From Chitinophagaceae bacterium (GTDB taxonomy: Bacteria > Bacteroidota > Bacteroidia > Chitinophagales > Chitinophagaceae): a DNA stretch of 16,477 bases. The translations under genes were made by a program, and so were the position numbers. Of the stretch, positions 16,007 through 16,477 are shown in pieces. A model generated the notes under the pieces. That model did no database searches. It was not told where the DNA came from and was given only the letters and a program-made list of their open reading frames with translations. The first letter of the stretch is position 1; each line of letters opens with the position of its first letter. Location of the stretch: NCBI GenBank assembly GCA_043776595.1, contig JAYVRD010000295.1:1-16477 (forward strand), given 5' to 3'.

Positions 16007-16477
16007 TCAACTTTCGCTGACTACCACATTTCTATTAAAACTTTCTTCCAACGAAATCAAAGTTTCAGTACGCTCAATTCCCTTAATGTTTTGCAGTTTA
16101 TCGTGTAGTACAATTCTTAGTTGCTCAATATCCTTACACACAATTTCGGCAAACATGCTGTAGTTGCCTGTGGTATAATTCACCCTTACAATTTCTGGTA
16201 TCTGCTTCAAATCCTTTGCTACTGCATCGTATAGTGAACTTTTTTCTAAAAAAATTCCTATAAAAGCAATTACATCATAACCCAAACTCTTCAAATCAAC
16301 ACTCAGCTTCCTACATGTAACCACATTTTGTTCTTCTAGTTTTTTTATACGCACATGTATCGTACCACCACTCACAAATAATTTCTTCCCCAAATCGGCA
16401 TAAGAAATATCCGAGTTATTCATCATCGCTTGTATTATCTGAAAGTCAAGTTTGTCAAGATTTAATTTAACTGCCAT
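16007..16477 (-). CDS. Lrp/AsnC family transcriptional regulator
   Basis: 156 aa. The N-terminal HTH is LDKLDFQIIQAMMNNSDISYADLGKKLFVSGGTIHVRIKKLEE, followed by a C-terminal RAM/AsnC_trans_reg-like domain. The ATG is the last codon of the window. Confidence 0.88.
   Translation of the reverse strand: MAVKLNLDKLDFQIIQAMMNNSDISYADLGKKLFVSGGTIHVRIKKLEEQNVVTCRKLSVDLKSLGYDVIAFIGIFLEKSSLYDAVAKDLKQIPEIVRVNYTTGNYSMFAEIVCKDIEQLRIVLHDKLQNIKGIERTETLISLEESFNRNVVVSES

Noticed and set aside
1-16477. CRISPR arrays, rRNA or tRNA genes, transposase, integrase or phage genes
   Set aside because: I found no regularly spaced direct repeats, no tRNA cloverleaf candidates in any spacer, and no ORF with recombinase or transposase motifs.

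Overview
AT-rich chromosomal window that looks Bacteroidota-like: no Shine-Dalgarno sequences, several TAnnTTTG -7 boxes just upstream of genes, and lipoprotein or secreted proteins. I support 14 protein-coding genes. The left end holds a Type III restriction-modification operon on the minus strand. Its mod gene is 2376..4247. Its res gene fills 1..2311 but is absent from the supplied ORF track because it runs off the left edge without a stop. I translated it by hand: 770 codons with no stop. The remaining genes are ordinary chromosomal ones: obg GTPase, a GH18 lipoprotein, an Amidase_3 cell-wall amidase, a MarR plus long acyl-CoA dehydrogenase operon, a PhyH-type dioxygenase divergent from a membrane GT2 glycosyltransferase, a lone OppC/DppC-type ABC permease, a tandem-SRPBCC protein, a VOC/glyoxalase-fold protein and an Lrp/AsnC regulator. 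I saw no rRNA, tRNA, CRISPR array, transposase or integrase. The non-obvious signals are all non-coding. (1) Two copies of a ~200-bp repeat with GC-rich 21-nt inverted arms each abut the TAG stop of a minus-strand gene in the same orientation. (2) A relatively GC-rich, multiply nested hairpin region lies in the 371-nt mod/obg divergent spacer. On the minus strand it ends in a hairpin plus T7 just upstream of mod, and the competing stems resemble an attenuator. (3) A perfect 15-bp hairpin sits between mod and res. (4) A palindromic operator overlaps a TAACTTTG promoter box at marR. I found no convincing new multi-gene system. The only defence system is a classical Type III R-M, and its possible structured leader is the most unusual aspect.
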